Source: an uncultured virus (IMG/VR IMGVR_UViG_3300030118_003168) (lineage: Duplodnaviria; Heunggongvirae; Uroviricota; Caudoviricetes). Taken from it: 64,000 nt of DNA. Shown here piece after piece: positions 27,507-36,962 of this stretch (position 1 is the stretch's first letter; each line of letters starts with the position of its first letter). Made by a program: the position numbers and the translations under genes. The stretch covers positions 1 through 64,000 of IMG/VR virus record IMGVR_UViG_3300030118_003168, one strand, 5' to 3'. The notes below the pieces were generated by a model that saw nothing but the letters and a program-made list of their open reading frames with translations, was not told where the DNA came from and ran no database searches.

Positions 27507-27647
27507 ATAGCCACTTATTGTGGCATATGTTATTCAACAGGTGAAACATATCCCTTCGGGTTTTGTAAAAAATGCTGGATTAAAAATGGAAAACCAAAAA
27601 GAATGGACGGAACAAGTAATCCAATAGGTGAACATGATGATAATTAA
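27507..27647 (+). CDS. Small Zn-finger protein (46 aa); ATA start or TGA read-through
   Basis: IATYCGICY...FCKKCW; in frame immediately after the TGA of 26145-27506; GGTGA upstream. Confidence 0.5.
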   Translation: MATYCGICYSTGETYPFGFCKKCWIKNGKPKRMDGTSNPIGEHDDN

Positions 27648-27651
27648 AAGC

Positions 27652-27885
27652 ATGAGTTGGAGAGAACTCCATAAGGGAATAGTTTCGGATGAATTACCTG
27701 AAAATAGAGCAAAATATGTTAGATTTACTAATCTTGCTAGTATTAATAAAAGAATGGTTATATATTATTTAAAGAGAGGTTATCAAAGACCTGAATTAAG
27801 AAATTCACTTTTAAAGGGAATTTTAGATGAAATGCTTCGTTCAAGTAATGAAAGATATGACATAGAGGATAGAGGGCAACCATAA
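27652..27885 (+). CDS. Hypothetical protein with leader variant
   Basis: MSWRELHK. Confidence 0.6.
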   Translation: MSWRELHKGIVSDELPENRAKYVRFTNLASINKRMVIYYLKRGYQRPELRNSLLKGILDEMLRSSNERYDIEDRGQP

Positions 27886-27937
27886 CCGAAGCGTTCATAG
27901 GCGAGAATAGCATAGGCGATAAATAGGGGGTGTAAGC

Positions 27938-29578
27938 ATGGCAAATGAAAAAAGAAGATTTTCCTTTACTAACTTATTTAGGCGACAAACTCCCAAACCT
28001 GCGGATAGAACAGTCTATAATATGGGTATTCAAGAAAGAGAAAACCGTCATATGATGACTGGCCCATTACTCTATAATATTATGAATCAATCAGTAATAG
28101 GTAGAACTTGTATTACTCAATTAAAACAAGAAGTTTTTCGTAGAGGATATATTTGGGAAAAAGCCTATGAAGCAAGATGTAATGATTGTGGAAAGGAACA
28201 TAAAAGACCTGTTCAAGAATGCGCTCGTTGTGGAAGCACTAATTTAAAAATACCTGATGAAAAACAATTAGAATATGCTGAAAAGTTTATTGAAGGTTAT
28301 GTTAATAATTCTGAACAACTATTTATTGATGTATTACAGGAACTAGAAGATGATTTAAATATTATGGACGATGCTTACATTGTCATGGTTAAAGAGTATT
28401 TCTTGGACGGTAATCAAGATATAAGAATGCATAGGATTAAAGAACTATATAGAGGCGACCCAGTAACTATGTTTATTTATACTGATGAATTAGGACAAAG
28501 AGGAACTAAAGGATTTACTTGTGTAAATCATAGAAATGCCTTGCATACCGAACCTCATCAGCCTTGTGATATTTGCGGAGCAAAAACATTTCCTGTTCAT
28601 TATGTTAATAGAGCAAACGGTGAAGAACAGTATTTCTTGAAAGGAGAAGTTCTTCATTTCAGTAAATATAGCCCTTCAAGACTCTACGGACAATCACCAG
28701 TCGTTACTTTATTTAATGCTATTATGACATTAATTGCTATGGAAAACTATGTTAATTCATCTTATACTAAGAGTCGTATGCCAAGAGGATTACTCGCAGT
28801 TCAAACAAGAAATATGGATTCAATGCGTTCTTTTTGGAGAGGGGTAAAAGAAAAGATGGAAGCAGACCCTCATTTTATTCCTGTTATGGGAATAGAAGCA
28901 GAAGGCGGAAAAGGTGCGGTTGAATGGATTAAATTCATGGATAGCCTAAAAGAAATGGATTATGTTTCTGTTAAGGATGATTTAAGGGATAGAATTTCTG
29001 CATTCTTTGGAGTAAGTAAAGTGTTTATGGCTGATAATACAACAAGCGGTGGATTAAACAATGAAGGTATGCAAATTCTTGTTACAAATAGAGCCGTTCA
29101 AAAAGCACAGACTGTCTATAATAATTATGTTTTCCCATTCCTTGTAAAACAATTTGGTATTACTGATTGGAATTTAAAACTACCACCAAGCGAAGAAGAA
29201 GATGAAATTGCTGTTCTTCGTAAGAGAGAAATTGAAGTTAATATTGCTGCTTCTGTTAAGAATTTAGGATTTGAAGTAGATATGGATGAAGAAGGTCAAT
29301 TTACTTTCAAAAAGCCCGAACCTGAAGAAAAACCTCAAGGGGAAGGAGAAGAAGATAAACCAGTAGATAAAGACCCTTATGCGGGAACTAATATTGATGC
29401 TTCACAATTGGGACAAATGCAGGAACAAGCATTACAGGGAAGTAAGCCGCAACAGAACCCTGCGACAACTAGAAATAAGCCTTCTATGAATCAAGGCCCA
29501 GACAAGAGACTAACAGGATTACCGTTAGATGCGGGAAATCAGAATAATGATAAAAGAACCGAAAGGAGAGTGGGTTAA
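27938..29578 (+). CDS. Portal protein with Zn-ribbon insertions
   Basis: Position after TerL; EVLHF...YGQSPV and RISAFFGV portal-like motifs; CNDC/CARC and CVNH/CDIC inserts. Confidence 0.88.
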   Translation: MANEKRRFSFTNLFRRQTPKPADRTVYNMGIQERENRHMMTGPLLYNIMNQSVIGRTCITQLKQEVFRRGYIWEKAYEARCNDCGKEHKRPVQECARCGSTNLKIPDEKQLEYAEKFIEGYVNNSEQLFIDVLQELEDDLNIMDDAYIVMVKEYFLDGNQDIRMHRIKELYRGDPVTMFIYTDELGQRGTKGFTCVNHRNALHTEPHQPCDICGAKTFPVHYVNRANGEEQYFLKGEVLHFSKYSPSRLYGQSPVVTLFNAIMTLIAMENYVNSSYTKSRMPRGLLAVQTRNMDSMRSFWRGVKEKMEADPHFIPVMGIEAEGGKGAVEWIKFMDSLKEMDYVSVKDDLRDRISAFFGVSKVFMADNTTSGGLNNEGMQILVTNRAVQKAQTVYNNYVFPFLVKQFGITDWNLKLPPSEEEDEIAVLRKREIEVNIAASVKNLGFEVDMDEEGQFTFKKPEPEEKPQGEGEEDKPVDKDPYAGTNIDASQLGQMQEQALQGSKPQQNPATTRNKPSMNQGPDKRLTGLPLDAGNQNNDKRTERRVG

Positions 29579-29892
29579 TGAATTGGTTAAGTATTCTGAA
29601 AGCAAAAAGACAATTTAAAGATTTAAGACAACTAAGGGAAGAAGGACTTAGAGAGGACTTAAAAGAAAGAAGAGAAAATAAAATTATTGGAGATACCAGT
29701 AAAGAGCCTAAAGGCGCAAGAAGGGGTTCTATTTTTGACATGGAAGAAGACAGACTAAAAGATGAAGAACTTGCTGAAATGGCAAGAACAGATTTAATGG
29801 ATGTGGTCATGGAAAGAATCGGTCAAATGTCCAAAGATGAACTAATAGATATTCTAATTCGGACAAGAGGAACAATGGAGGCTACTGTATGA
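29578..29892 (+). CDS. Hypothetical protein with WxxILK leader
   Basis: MNWLSILK. Confidence 0.7.
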   Translation: MNWLSILKAKRQFKDLRQLREEGLREDLKERRENKIIGDTSKEPKGARRGSIFDMEEDRLKDEELAEMARTDLMDVVMERIGQMSKDELIDILIRTRGTMEATV

Positions 29893-30113
29893 CAGAAGAC
29901 AATAGACAAAAAGAAATTAGGTTGAAAAAGGAATTGGCTCAATTAAGAGCGATGAATGCAAATGCTGATGCAAAACTAAAACCTTCAAAGGATTTTAGTG
30001 TGGGTATTCCCCAAGATACATCAGTTAAAAAGAAATTGCATTCGTCAGATGTTCCTGATGTAGTTTTACTACCACCTAGTAAAAGAGGAAAGAAAGAAAA
30101 TATTCCATTTTAA
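29889..30113 (+). CDS. Hypothetical protein
   Basis: ORF track; ATGA overlap. Confidence 0.6.
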   Translation: MTEDNRQKEIRLKKELAQLRAMNANADAKLKPSKDFSVGIPQDTSVKKKLHSSDVPDVVLLPPSKRGKKENIPF

Positions 30114-30122
30114 GGTGATTGA

Positions 30123-31820
30123 ATGTTGTTTGAGTTATCTAAAAACAAAACTTTACTTAGCATACTAAGTAAAGCAGATTTAGATGAAAACACAAGTAAA
30201 TTAGTTAAAAGTAATGCTAATGCTACTGAAATCAAAAAGTCTTTGATAGACAATATTAACTCTAAAAATATTGTTGCTTATAGAAAATATATTTTAAAAG
30301 CGGAGGAAGAAGAAGAATCGCTCCGTGAGAGAGAGGAAAAACAAACTACTGATATTCAAAGAAAAAAATTAATTAGTCTTCTTGCAGAAAAAGATGATAT
30401 TTCAGAAGAAGAAGTTGATGATTCTTTAATTCCTGAAGATAAAAAAGCAGCAAGCAGGTTAATTAGAGAATTAACTAGAGAAATAAGAACACAGAAAGAT
30501 ATAGGTATTGATGAAGAAGTTGAAGAAACTTCTGAACTTACTACTGATGCTGAAGCACAAGCAAAGGTTTCTTCATCTGAAGATGATAAACAAAGAAAAT
30601 TAGAAAAGAAAAAGAAAGTTGCTATTAGAAGTGTAAATAAAGCACAGACTTACCAATCAGAAGTAAAAGAATTAGTAAGTAAATTAGATTTTTCAGTAGA
30701 AAATAATAAAGTAACTGTTAATCGTTTAGCGGAATATCAAAAGTTTGGAAACAATATTACTGAATCAAATGAAGTTATTTCTTTAGTTATGCTCTACGAA
30801 GGTGATGAAAACTATTTAAGCAATAGATATGCAGAACTATTAGAAAATTTTGGTGATAAATTTCAAAATGTATTACTACCTTATTCAGAAAATGAAAGTG
30901 GACAAATGATTCCACAAACTAAGAAAGCAATATTTGTTAATAACTTAGATGAAAGATGGGCGGAATTAACAAGACCCACCTATAAAGGAGTTAAATTATC
31001 TGATATTCTAAAAGAAATGCATCGCAAAAGACATGGTAGGCAGCCTATTGTTGATAGGAAAGATAAACAAAGAAAAGAAGAATTACAAAGACTTCAAAGG
31101 TTTATTACAGGACAGTCTCCGAGAGATGCGACTAAGTTTAAAAAGTTAGAATCAAAGGTAAAATCTATTGGGAATAGATTAATTTCCAATCGTTCTAGGA
31201 AATTAGCCATTCAAGATAAAATTAAAGACCTTCAAGGATTAGATGTAGAAAAGATTATCACTAGAAAGATAAGGCAAATAACATCAGGAATTAGCAATTT
31301 AAAAGGAGTAAAACAACTTCAAGAGGCTATGGCAAGTGTTAGAGATATTAGGGAAAATCCTGATAAATATATACAAGAATTTACTGATGAATTAAATGAA
31401 CAAATTGAAACAGAAAGAGAAAAACTTAATGTTATTCAATCTGAAATAGATAAGTTAGAAAAAATGACTCCTGTTTTAAAAAGAGTTCGCAGGGCTTTGG
31501 GTCAAATAGATACCTTAAGATTCCAAACAGGTAATGAACCAGCAGGAGAAGTTAAAAGAATATTAGGCAGATTATTTGTTCATGTGGTTCGTTTAGAAAG
31601 AACAACTAGAAAATTAGAAAATATATCTAATAGTGTAGATGATACAACAGATGATATATTACAAGGACTTGAGAGGGGAGAAACAATCAACATAGGAGAT
31701 ATTGTTGATTATGATTCAGTTAGCAGTTTACAGCGTCTTAGGGAATCTTTTGATTTAGAAAGAGAAAATATAGATTCAATTATGAATGAATACGATAACT
31801 TGGTAGGTGTGCAAGAATGA
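30123..31820 (+). CDS. Coiled-coil head-module protein
   Basis: 565 aa, helical; several hydrophobic-x-K-[AS] sites at the N-terminus. Confidence 0.75.
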   Translation: MLFELSKNKTLLSILSKADLDENTSKLVKSNANATEIKKSLIDNINSKNIVAYRKYILKAEEEEESLREREEKQTTDIQRKKLISLLAEKDDISEEEVDDSLIPEDKKAASRLIRELTREIRTQKDIGIDEEVEETSELTTDAEAQAKVSSSEDDKQRKLEKKKKVAIRSVNKAQTYQSEVKELVSKLDFSVENNKVTVNRLAEYQKFGNNITESNEVISLVMLYEGDENYLSNRYAELLENFGDKFQNVLLPYSENESGQMIPQTKKAIFVNNLDERWAELTRPTYKGVKLSDILKEMHRKRHGRQPIVDRKDKQRKEELQRLQRFITGQSPRDATKFKKLESKVKSIGNRLISNRSRKLAIQDKIKDLQGLDVEKIITRKIRQITSGISNLKGVKQLQEAMASVRDIRENPDKYIQEFTDELNEQIETEREKLNVIQSEIDKLEKMTPVLKRVRRALGQIDTLRFQTGNEPAGEVKRILGRLFVHVVRLERTTRKLENISNSVDDTTDDILQGLERGETINIGDIVDYDSVSSLQRLRESFDLERENIDSIMNEYDNLVGVQE

Positions 31821-32176
31821 CATGGGATTTTTACGGAGATGGAGAAGAATTTATTCTTAAAGAAAAGAAAAAAGAATCCCCTAAAGATATTTTAGATTCT
31901 ATGGATTCTAAGCAAAGAAAGAAGTTAAAAAAGACTTTACAGGCTGCTGAACCGACTGAATTTTTTGGACAAGACTTTACTAAATTAGGTGAACTAATAT
32001 CTGTTTTAAGGCAATTAGACTTAATGAAATCAGATAAGAAGTTAAATAAGAAAATGAAGTCAATGGATGAAAGGAATATTGATATAGTGGCTACTGCTAC
32101 CAAACTTCGTAAAGAGTATGAACTTCTTTATCGTCAATTGAGGGATTTAATCTATCCTAAAGGTAAAAAGAAATAA
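31817..32176 (+). CDS. Hypothetical protein
   Basis: ORF track. Confidence 0.7.
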   Translation: MTWDFYGDGEEFILKEKKKESPKDILDSMDSKQRKKLKKTLQAAEPTEFFGQDFTKLGELISVLRQLDLMKSDKKLNKKMKSMDERNIDIVATATKLRKEYELLYRQLRDLIYPKGKKK

Positions 32177-32185
32177 GGTGAGTAT

Positions 32186-32398
32186 ATGAGTTGGTGGAAT
32201 ATAATTAAAGCAAGAGGAATTGGTGGCGGGCCACCTAAAGATAGAAAGAGAAAGCCCAGATATGGGACTACTACTCCAAAAGGTTCTTATCAAGATAAAC
32301 TAGATAAATTAATTAATCGCATGCTTTCAGGTAAAATTTCTGAAGCAAAATACAAAAAAGAAAAAGAAAAACTTGAAAAGGAAAGGGATGAGAAATGA
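32186..32398 (+). CDS. Basic protein with WxxILK leader
   Basis: MSWWNIIK. Confidence 0.7.
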   Translation: MSWWNIIKARGIGGGPPKDRKRKPRYGTTTPKGSYQDKLDKLINRMLSGKISEAKYKKEKEKLEKERDEK

Positions 32399-32634
32399 GT
32401 GAAGAAACATCTATTAATCAAGAATTACTCGCTATTATTAAAGCATTAAGTGATAAAGTAGAAAGCCTTGAAAAAGCAGTTTACAATAAAGACAATCTAT
32501 TAATGAAATCAGGATTTGTTGTAGCAAACAGCCCTACTCCTGCTATGGTTGGTGTTGTTGGTGGTAAATCTCCCGATAATGTAGAAAACATGGAATGGTC
32601 TGAAATTCATAAAATGGTAGCCAGTTTGGAGTGA
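32395..32634 (+). CDS. Small protein ending in a scaffold-like MEWSEIHKMV motif
   Basis: C-terminus matches the scaffold C-terminus MDWSDIHKMV. Confidence 0.7.
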   Translation: MSEETSINQELLAIIKALSDKVESLEKAVYNKDNLLMKSGFVVANSPTPAMVGVVGGKSPDNVENMEWSEIHKMVASLE

Positions 32635-32639
32635 TTTAA

Positions 32640-33155
32640 ATGCCTGAAAGAGTAACAAAAGAAGAAAGATTAGTAAGCATGGTTATTGAAAAAGCAAGAG
32701 AAGTAAAAGAATTACTTCATCTCTCTTTAAATGATAATAATAGAAGTCCTATTGATGACAAGTCTGAAGTATTTAAATTAAAAAGACCGAAGGCTGAGAA
32801 CTATACTGTTAAATTCCAAGCAAACAAAGGGCCAATAAATGAACATGGTTTTGCAGGAGAAACTTACAATTTTAAGAAGGCTATTTCTTTAATGAAGGCT
32901 ATTCTCAAAGAAGACATGGATAATCCTTTTTTGAATGAAGAAAGAAAGAGACAAGCGATTGCTGACCTTGAAGCAACAGAAAAAGAATTAGACGACCTGC
33001 AACAGATGTTTAGGTCGGGCATGAATCAAGTAGAGTTTCAAGAAAAGTTTGGTGCTATGTTAAGAAGATTAACTGAGATGCAACAAATGTTAGGTGGACA
33101 ACCTGATAAAGACCCTGCCGTTCCCCTTCTTCCTAACCAGAATAAATACCGCTAA
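32640..33155 (+). CDS. Hypothetical protein
   Basis: ORF track. Confidence 0.7.
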   Translation: MPERVTKEERLVSMVIEKAREVKELLHLSLNDNNRSPIDDKSEVFKLKRPKAENYTVKFQANKGPINEHGFAGETYNFKKAISLMKAILKEDMDNPFLNEERKRQAIADLEATEKELDDLQQMFRSGMNQVEFQEKFGAMLRRLTEMQQMLGGQPDKDPAVPLLPNQNKYR

Positions 33156-33160
33156 TTGGG

Positions 33161-35680
33161 GTGGTATTATTGAAACTTGGTTCTATTGAAAAGGATAGGC
33201 AACCCTCTATTGAGTTGATGCGCCTTTTTGAAAAGACAAGAGTTGCCTATTTATCAGCCGTTCAAGACCCCGATGAGTATTCGGGTCGCTGGCGTAAAGC
33301 CGTTGAAATGATTGAAGAATCTTATGATGAATTAGATGCCGCAGGTAAAGAGTTAAAGAACTTCATTAGAGAAGAAGAAATAACCGCTAACGAGGTAAAA
33401 GACCCTCAATCATCTAAAGCACAGAATCTATATGAAAAAATTAAACTTGTTAGATATACTTCAAAAATTATTGCTGACCCCTTCGCTGAAATGTTCAAAG
33501 GTAATGTTCTTGAAGAATTATTAAATAATCCTGAAAACATGCTTAAATTTGTGCATTATGCTATGAGGGAAGACAATAAAGCCCTATCAGCAGACATTTT
33601 GGCGATTAAAGACATGCAACCTGACACAATTACGGAGGGTCTTATGGGTCTTGACCTACAAGTGGACGACATACCCCTCTATATTATTGAGCATTACGGG
33701 GATGGAAAAGACTCAAAGAAGGTTGAAAAGAAAGTAAAGGCTGCTATGGATATGTTAGAGTTAATTTTCTTTTCTCAGCACGAAGAAAAAGAATGGGAAG
33801 AACTTCAAGATATTGACATGCAAAAGTCAGAAGAAAAATCAATAGAAGAAAAATCAGTTAGTGATTTTATTATACCTAATAAACCAATGTATCGAATATT
33901 TGAAATAAAAGATATTAATGAATTAAAAGGATTTAGTGGGAACTGGTATATCCAAGAAAAATATGATGGCATGCGTATTCAAATACATAAGTTAGATAAT
34001 AAAATAAAGGTTTATTCTTATAATAAAAAAGATATAACTGAAAAGTGTGATGAAATAGTTAAAGAACTAAAGAAGAAAGAATATGGAGATTGTATCTTTG
34101 ATGCTGAACTTATTCTATTTGATGGGGAAGAAGCACTTCATAGAGCCGATACAATCGCTCATGTATTCAAAGGTAAATATAAAGATGCTAAATTAAAATG
34201 TCATGTCTTTGATATTATGCGACATGAAACACAGACATTACTTGATGAAGAACTTGATAATAGAATGACAATTTTATTCAATAATTATTCTGCTAAATCT
34301 TCAGAATATCTTAATTTCCCTTCAAAGAAAGATACAAGGCAAGCAGATAGTCTTGAAGATTTAGAAGAATATTCAAAAGAAATTATGAATATGCCTACTT
34401 CTGAAGGAGTAGTCATTAAAGACGCTACTTCAACCTACTACTTGGGAACAAAGAAAAATCCTAAGTGGATTAAAATGAAAAAGTTTGTTGATTTAGATGT
34501 TATTGTATTAGATAAGAAAAAGACTAAGAGCAATCTTTATTCTTATACTGTCGGTGTTGGGCCAGTAGATGATGAAACAGGACAAGAAATAGATGGAAGA
34601 AAATATCTAAATGTAGGTAAAGCCCTAAATACAAAAATCGCAGTTGAAGTCGGAGATATTATTAGAGTAAAAGTTGATGAAGTTAAGAAGAAGGGCGATG
34701 GATTTAGTTTATTCTCCGCAAAGGTTATTGAAATACCAGAAGTAGAGCATCCCGATAAATTAGTTACTCTTGAATTATTATCAAAAGATACTAAAAAATC
34801 TTTGAATTATAATGTTGAAGCATTTAAAAAAGGAGTAAAGGTTACTGATTACATTCATGGGGAAACTACTGCTATAATCAAATTTGATACAGATGGTTTT
34901 GTTATTTATGGTTTTGAAGAAAATAATTTAATGTCAAAAAATGCATTAAGAGATATTGATATGTGGAAAGCCAAAGCCGAAGAAATAATGAAAACAAAAC
35001 AAGGTAGACTTACTGTGGCTATTGTAAACTTTTTACAAGAAAAAGGAGATAGAACTCCTAAAGAAGTCCATGATTATTTGAAAGCAAAACACGCTGATAT
35101 ATATGAAACTGTATTAGATTCTCAATTAAGAAAGTTAGGTAAGTGGGCGCAAGAAAGAGAGCATATTAAAATGATAGGTAATAAATTGCATGCTGACCCG
35201 ACAATTAAATTGGCTGATGAAGATAAAATAGAAAAACAATATAAAACTCCTGATGAATATAGAAAAGGTAAATTTAAAATCTATAATAGAGAAGATAATA
35301 ATATTCATTTAGCAATTAGTGTAAATGGCGAAAATATGAATTGGACTATTGATTTAGAAGATGAAGAAGAACTGTTTGATTTATTTGGTGCGGCTGGTAA
35401 ATATCCAGCAGAAGTATCAAAAAATGTAGAAAGAGGAAAAGTTATTGATTCTGGAGATATAGAACTAGGTGTTCAAAAAGACGGCTATCATGAATATTTC
35501 TTGAAAGGAAATAAGTTTGAAACTAAAATGCATATTAGAGTTATTCCTATTGATAATAAGCCGATGTGGTTAGCATGGACTGGATATAAACAAGAACCTG
35601 CTGATACTGAGGGAGATAAAGGAAAGTGGAATATATATGAAGATAGGTATAATAAATTATCCATACCGACTGAGGATTAG
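33161..35680 (+). CDS. lig: ATP-dependent DNA ligase with N- and C-terminal extensions
   Basis: Motif I EKYDGMR, III IFDAEL, IIIa VFDIM, IV EGVVIK, V WIKMKK, followed by an OB domain. Confidence 0.9.
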   Translation: MVLLKLGSIEKDRQPSIELMRLFEKTRVAYLSAVQDPDEYSGRWRKAVEMIEESYDELDAAGKELKNFIREEEITANEVKDPQSSKAQNLYEKIKLVRYTSKIIADPFAEMFKGNVLEELLNNPENMLKFVHYAMREDNKALSADILAIKDMQPDTITEGLMGLDLQVDDIPLYIIEHYGDGKDSKKVEKKVKAAMDMLELIFFSQHEEKEWEELQDIDMQKSEEKSIEEKSVSDFIIPNKPMYRIFEIKDINELKGFSGNWYIQEKYDGMRIQIHKLDNKIKVYSYNKKDITEKCDEIVKELKKKEYGDCIFDAELILFDGEEALHRADTIAHVFKGKYKDAKLKCHVFDIMRHETQTLLDEELDNRMTILFNNYSAKSSEYLNFPSKKDTRQADSLEDLEEYSKEIMNMPTSEGVVIKDATSTYYLGTKKNPKWIKMKKFVDLDVIVLDKKKTKSNLYSYTVGVGPVDDETGQEIDGRKYLNVGKALNTKIAVEVGDIIRVKVDEVKKKGDGFSLFSAKVIEIPEVEHPDKLVTLELLSKDTKKSLNYNVEAFKKGVKVTDYIHGETTAIIKFDTDGFVIYGFEENNLMSKNALRDIDMWKAKAEEIMKTKQGRLTVAIVNFLQEKGDRTPKEVHDYLKAKHADIYETVLDSQLRKLGKWAQEREHIKMIGNKLHADPTIKLADEDKIEKQYKTPDEYRKGKFKIYNREDNNIHLAISVNGENMNWTIDLEDEEELFDLFGAAGKYPAEVSKNVERGKVIDSGDIELGVQKDGYHEYFLKGNKFETKMHIRVIPIDNKPMWLAWTGYKQEPADTEGDKGKWNIYEDRYNKLSIPTED

Positions 35681-35723
35681 TTGTTCTTTATATACCAGTA
35701 AGCAATAAGAAGGGTTGAGAGGA

Positions 35724-36950
35724 ATGGCATCAACGGTAATGCAGAACAATACCCATGATTTCAGGATTCTAAAAAGCGATAATTTAATGATTGGAGGATA
35801 TGCAAGCATTGAAATCGTTGATAAACAAAATGATTTAATCACACTCAAGGCTCTTAATGAAGCAGTTAAAAAATATATGGAGAACCCTAAATTTAGAAAT
35901 GTAATGACAAATCATTCAAATGTTCAAGTTGGGGAAGTAGTAGAATCATATAGAGATAAAACAGGAAGAATATGGAAAACTGAAGTTGATGATGTTGGAT
36001 TCTTTGTTGTAATTAAATTAAGAGATGATATTGAAAAAGCCAAAGAAATAAATAGAGGCATTCGTAAAGGTTCGTTAAGGTCATTTAGTATTGGAGGACA
36101 AGCATTACAAAAAGTAAAGAAAAACCATCCAGAATTAGGTGAATTTAACGAGATAAGCAAACTAGAACTACATGAGGTTACTATCTGTGAAAAAGGCATT
36201 AATCCTGAAGCAAGGTTTGATATTCTAAAACAAGACAAAAATAAGGTGAAAACTATGAGTAAGATTGAGAAAGCATTGGCTGAATTGGACGCTCTTATGG
36301 AGGAAGTTAATACTCTCCGTAAAGAAGAAGAAGATGAAAAGATGATGGACGAAAAAATGATGAACGAAAAAATGATGGAAGACAAAGAATCCATGATGGA
36401 AGAAAAAATGGGCGAAGAAGAAGATGAAAAGATGATGGAAGATAAAGAATCCATGTATGCTGATAAAGAAGCAAAAGCCCTTCTTTCTACTCTTGATGGT
36501 GCAGGTGTTGAAATCGGTGAACCTGCGGATAGAATTGTTATTGACAATGGAACTCCAAAGGCTTCTGATTTGCCAGTAGTAAAGGCATTTAACAACGATG
36601 AACTTGAAACTCTTGATTTGAGCGTTGCAAACATTGAGAAGGCTTATGAAGCATACCGTCAAGAACAACTTGAAAAATTGGCTTATGATAATCTTCAAAA
36701 GTCTTTTGAAACTCGCTTTGCTAATGAAAGAGCAAACCGTGAGAACATTCTCGCAAAGTCGCAGTATGACGCACAAAGCGAAATTTCTTCTCTAAAGGAA
36801 GAATTTACTGCACTTCGCAAGTCTTTGACGGCTGAAAAGGAAACAATCCTAAAGGCTCAAGAAGACGCTACTGTTAAACTCCCATCAATGGAAGAATTGG
36901 CCGAAATGGATTGGTCAGATATTCATAAAATGGTCGGAGGATTTAATTAA
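35724..36950 (+). CDS. Prohead protease fused to scaffold
   Basis: IGGYAS..IVDKQND, NH, SFSIGG and LHEVTICEKGINPEA (HK97-type protease); acidic coiled-coil C-terminus; directly upstream of the MCP. Confidence 0.9.
   Translation: MASTVMQNNTHDFRILKSDNLMIGGYASIEIVDKQNDLITLKALNEAVKKYMENPKFRNVMTNHSNVQVGEVVESYRDKTGRIWKTEVDDVGFFVVIKLRDDIEKAKEINRGIRKGSLRSFSIGGQALQKVKKNHPELGEFNEISKLELHEVTICEKGINPEARFDILKQDKNKVKTMSKIEKALAELDALMEEVNTLRKEEEDEKMMDEKMMNEKMMEDKESMMEEKMGEEEDEKMMEDKESMYADKEAKALLSTLDGAGVEIGEPADRIVIDNGTPKASDLPVVKAFNNDELETLDLSVANIEKAYEAYRQEQLEKLAYDNLQKSFETRFANERANRENILAKSQYDAQSEISSLKEEFTALRKSLTAEKETILKAQEDATVKLPSMEELAEMDWSDIHKMVGGFN
36324..36439 (+). repeat. 26-bp direct repeat within an EKMM low-complexity scaffold linker
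   Basis: GAAGAAGAAGATGAAAAGATGATGGA at 36324-36349 and 36414-36439. Confidence 0.8.
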
Positions 36951-36962
36951 AGGTGATTTAAG

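Noticed and set aside
35924..36776. Long antisense ORFs (236 and 183 aa)
   Set aside because: Shadows of the low-complexity scaffold gene (Ser/Phe-rich, no RBS). The same applies to the other minus-strand ORFs across the late region.
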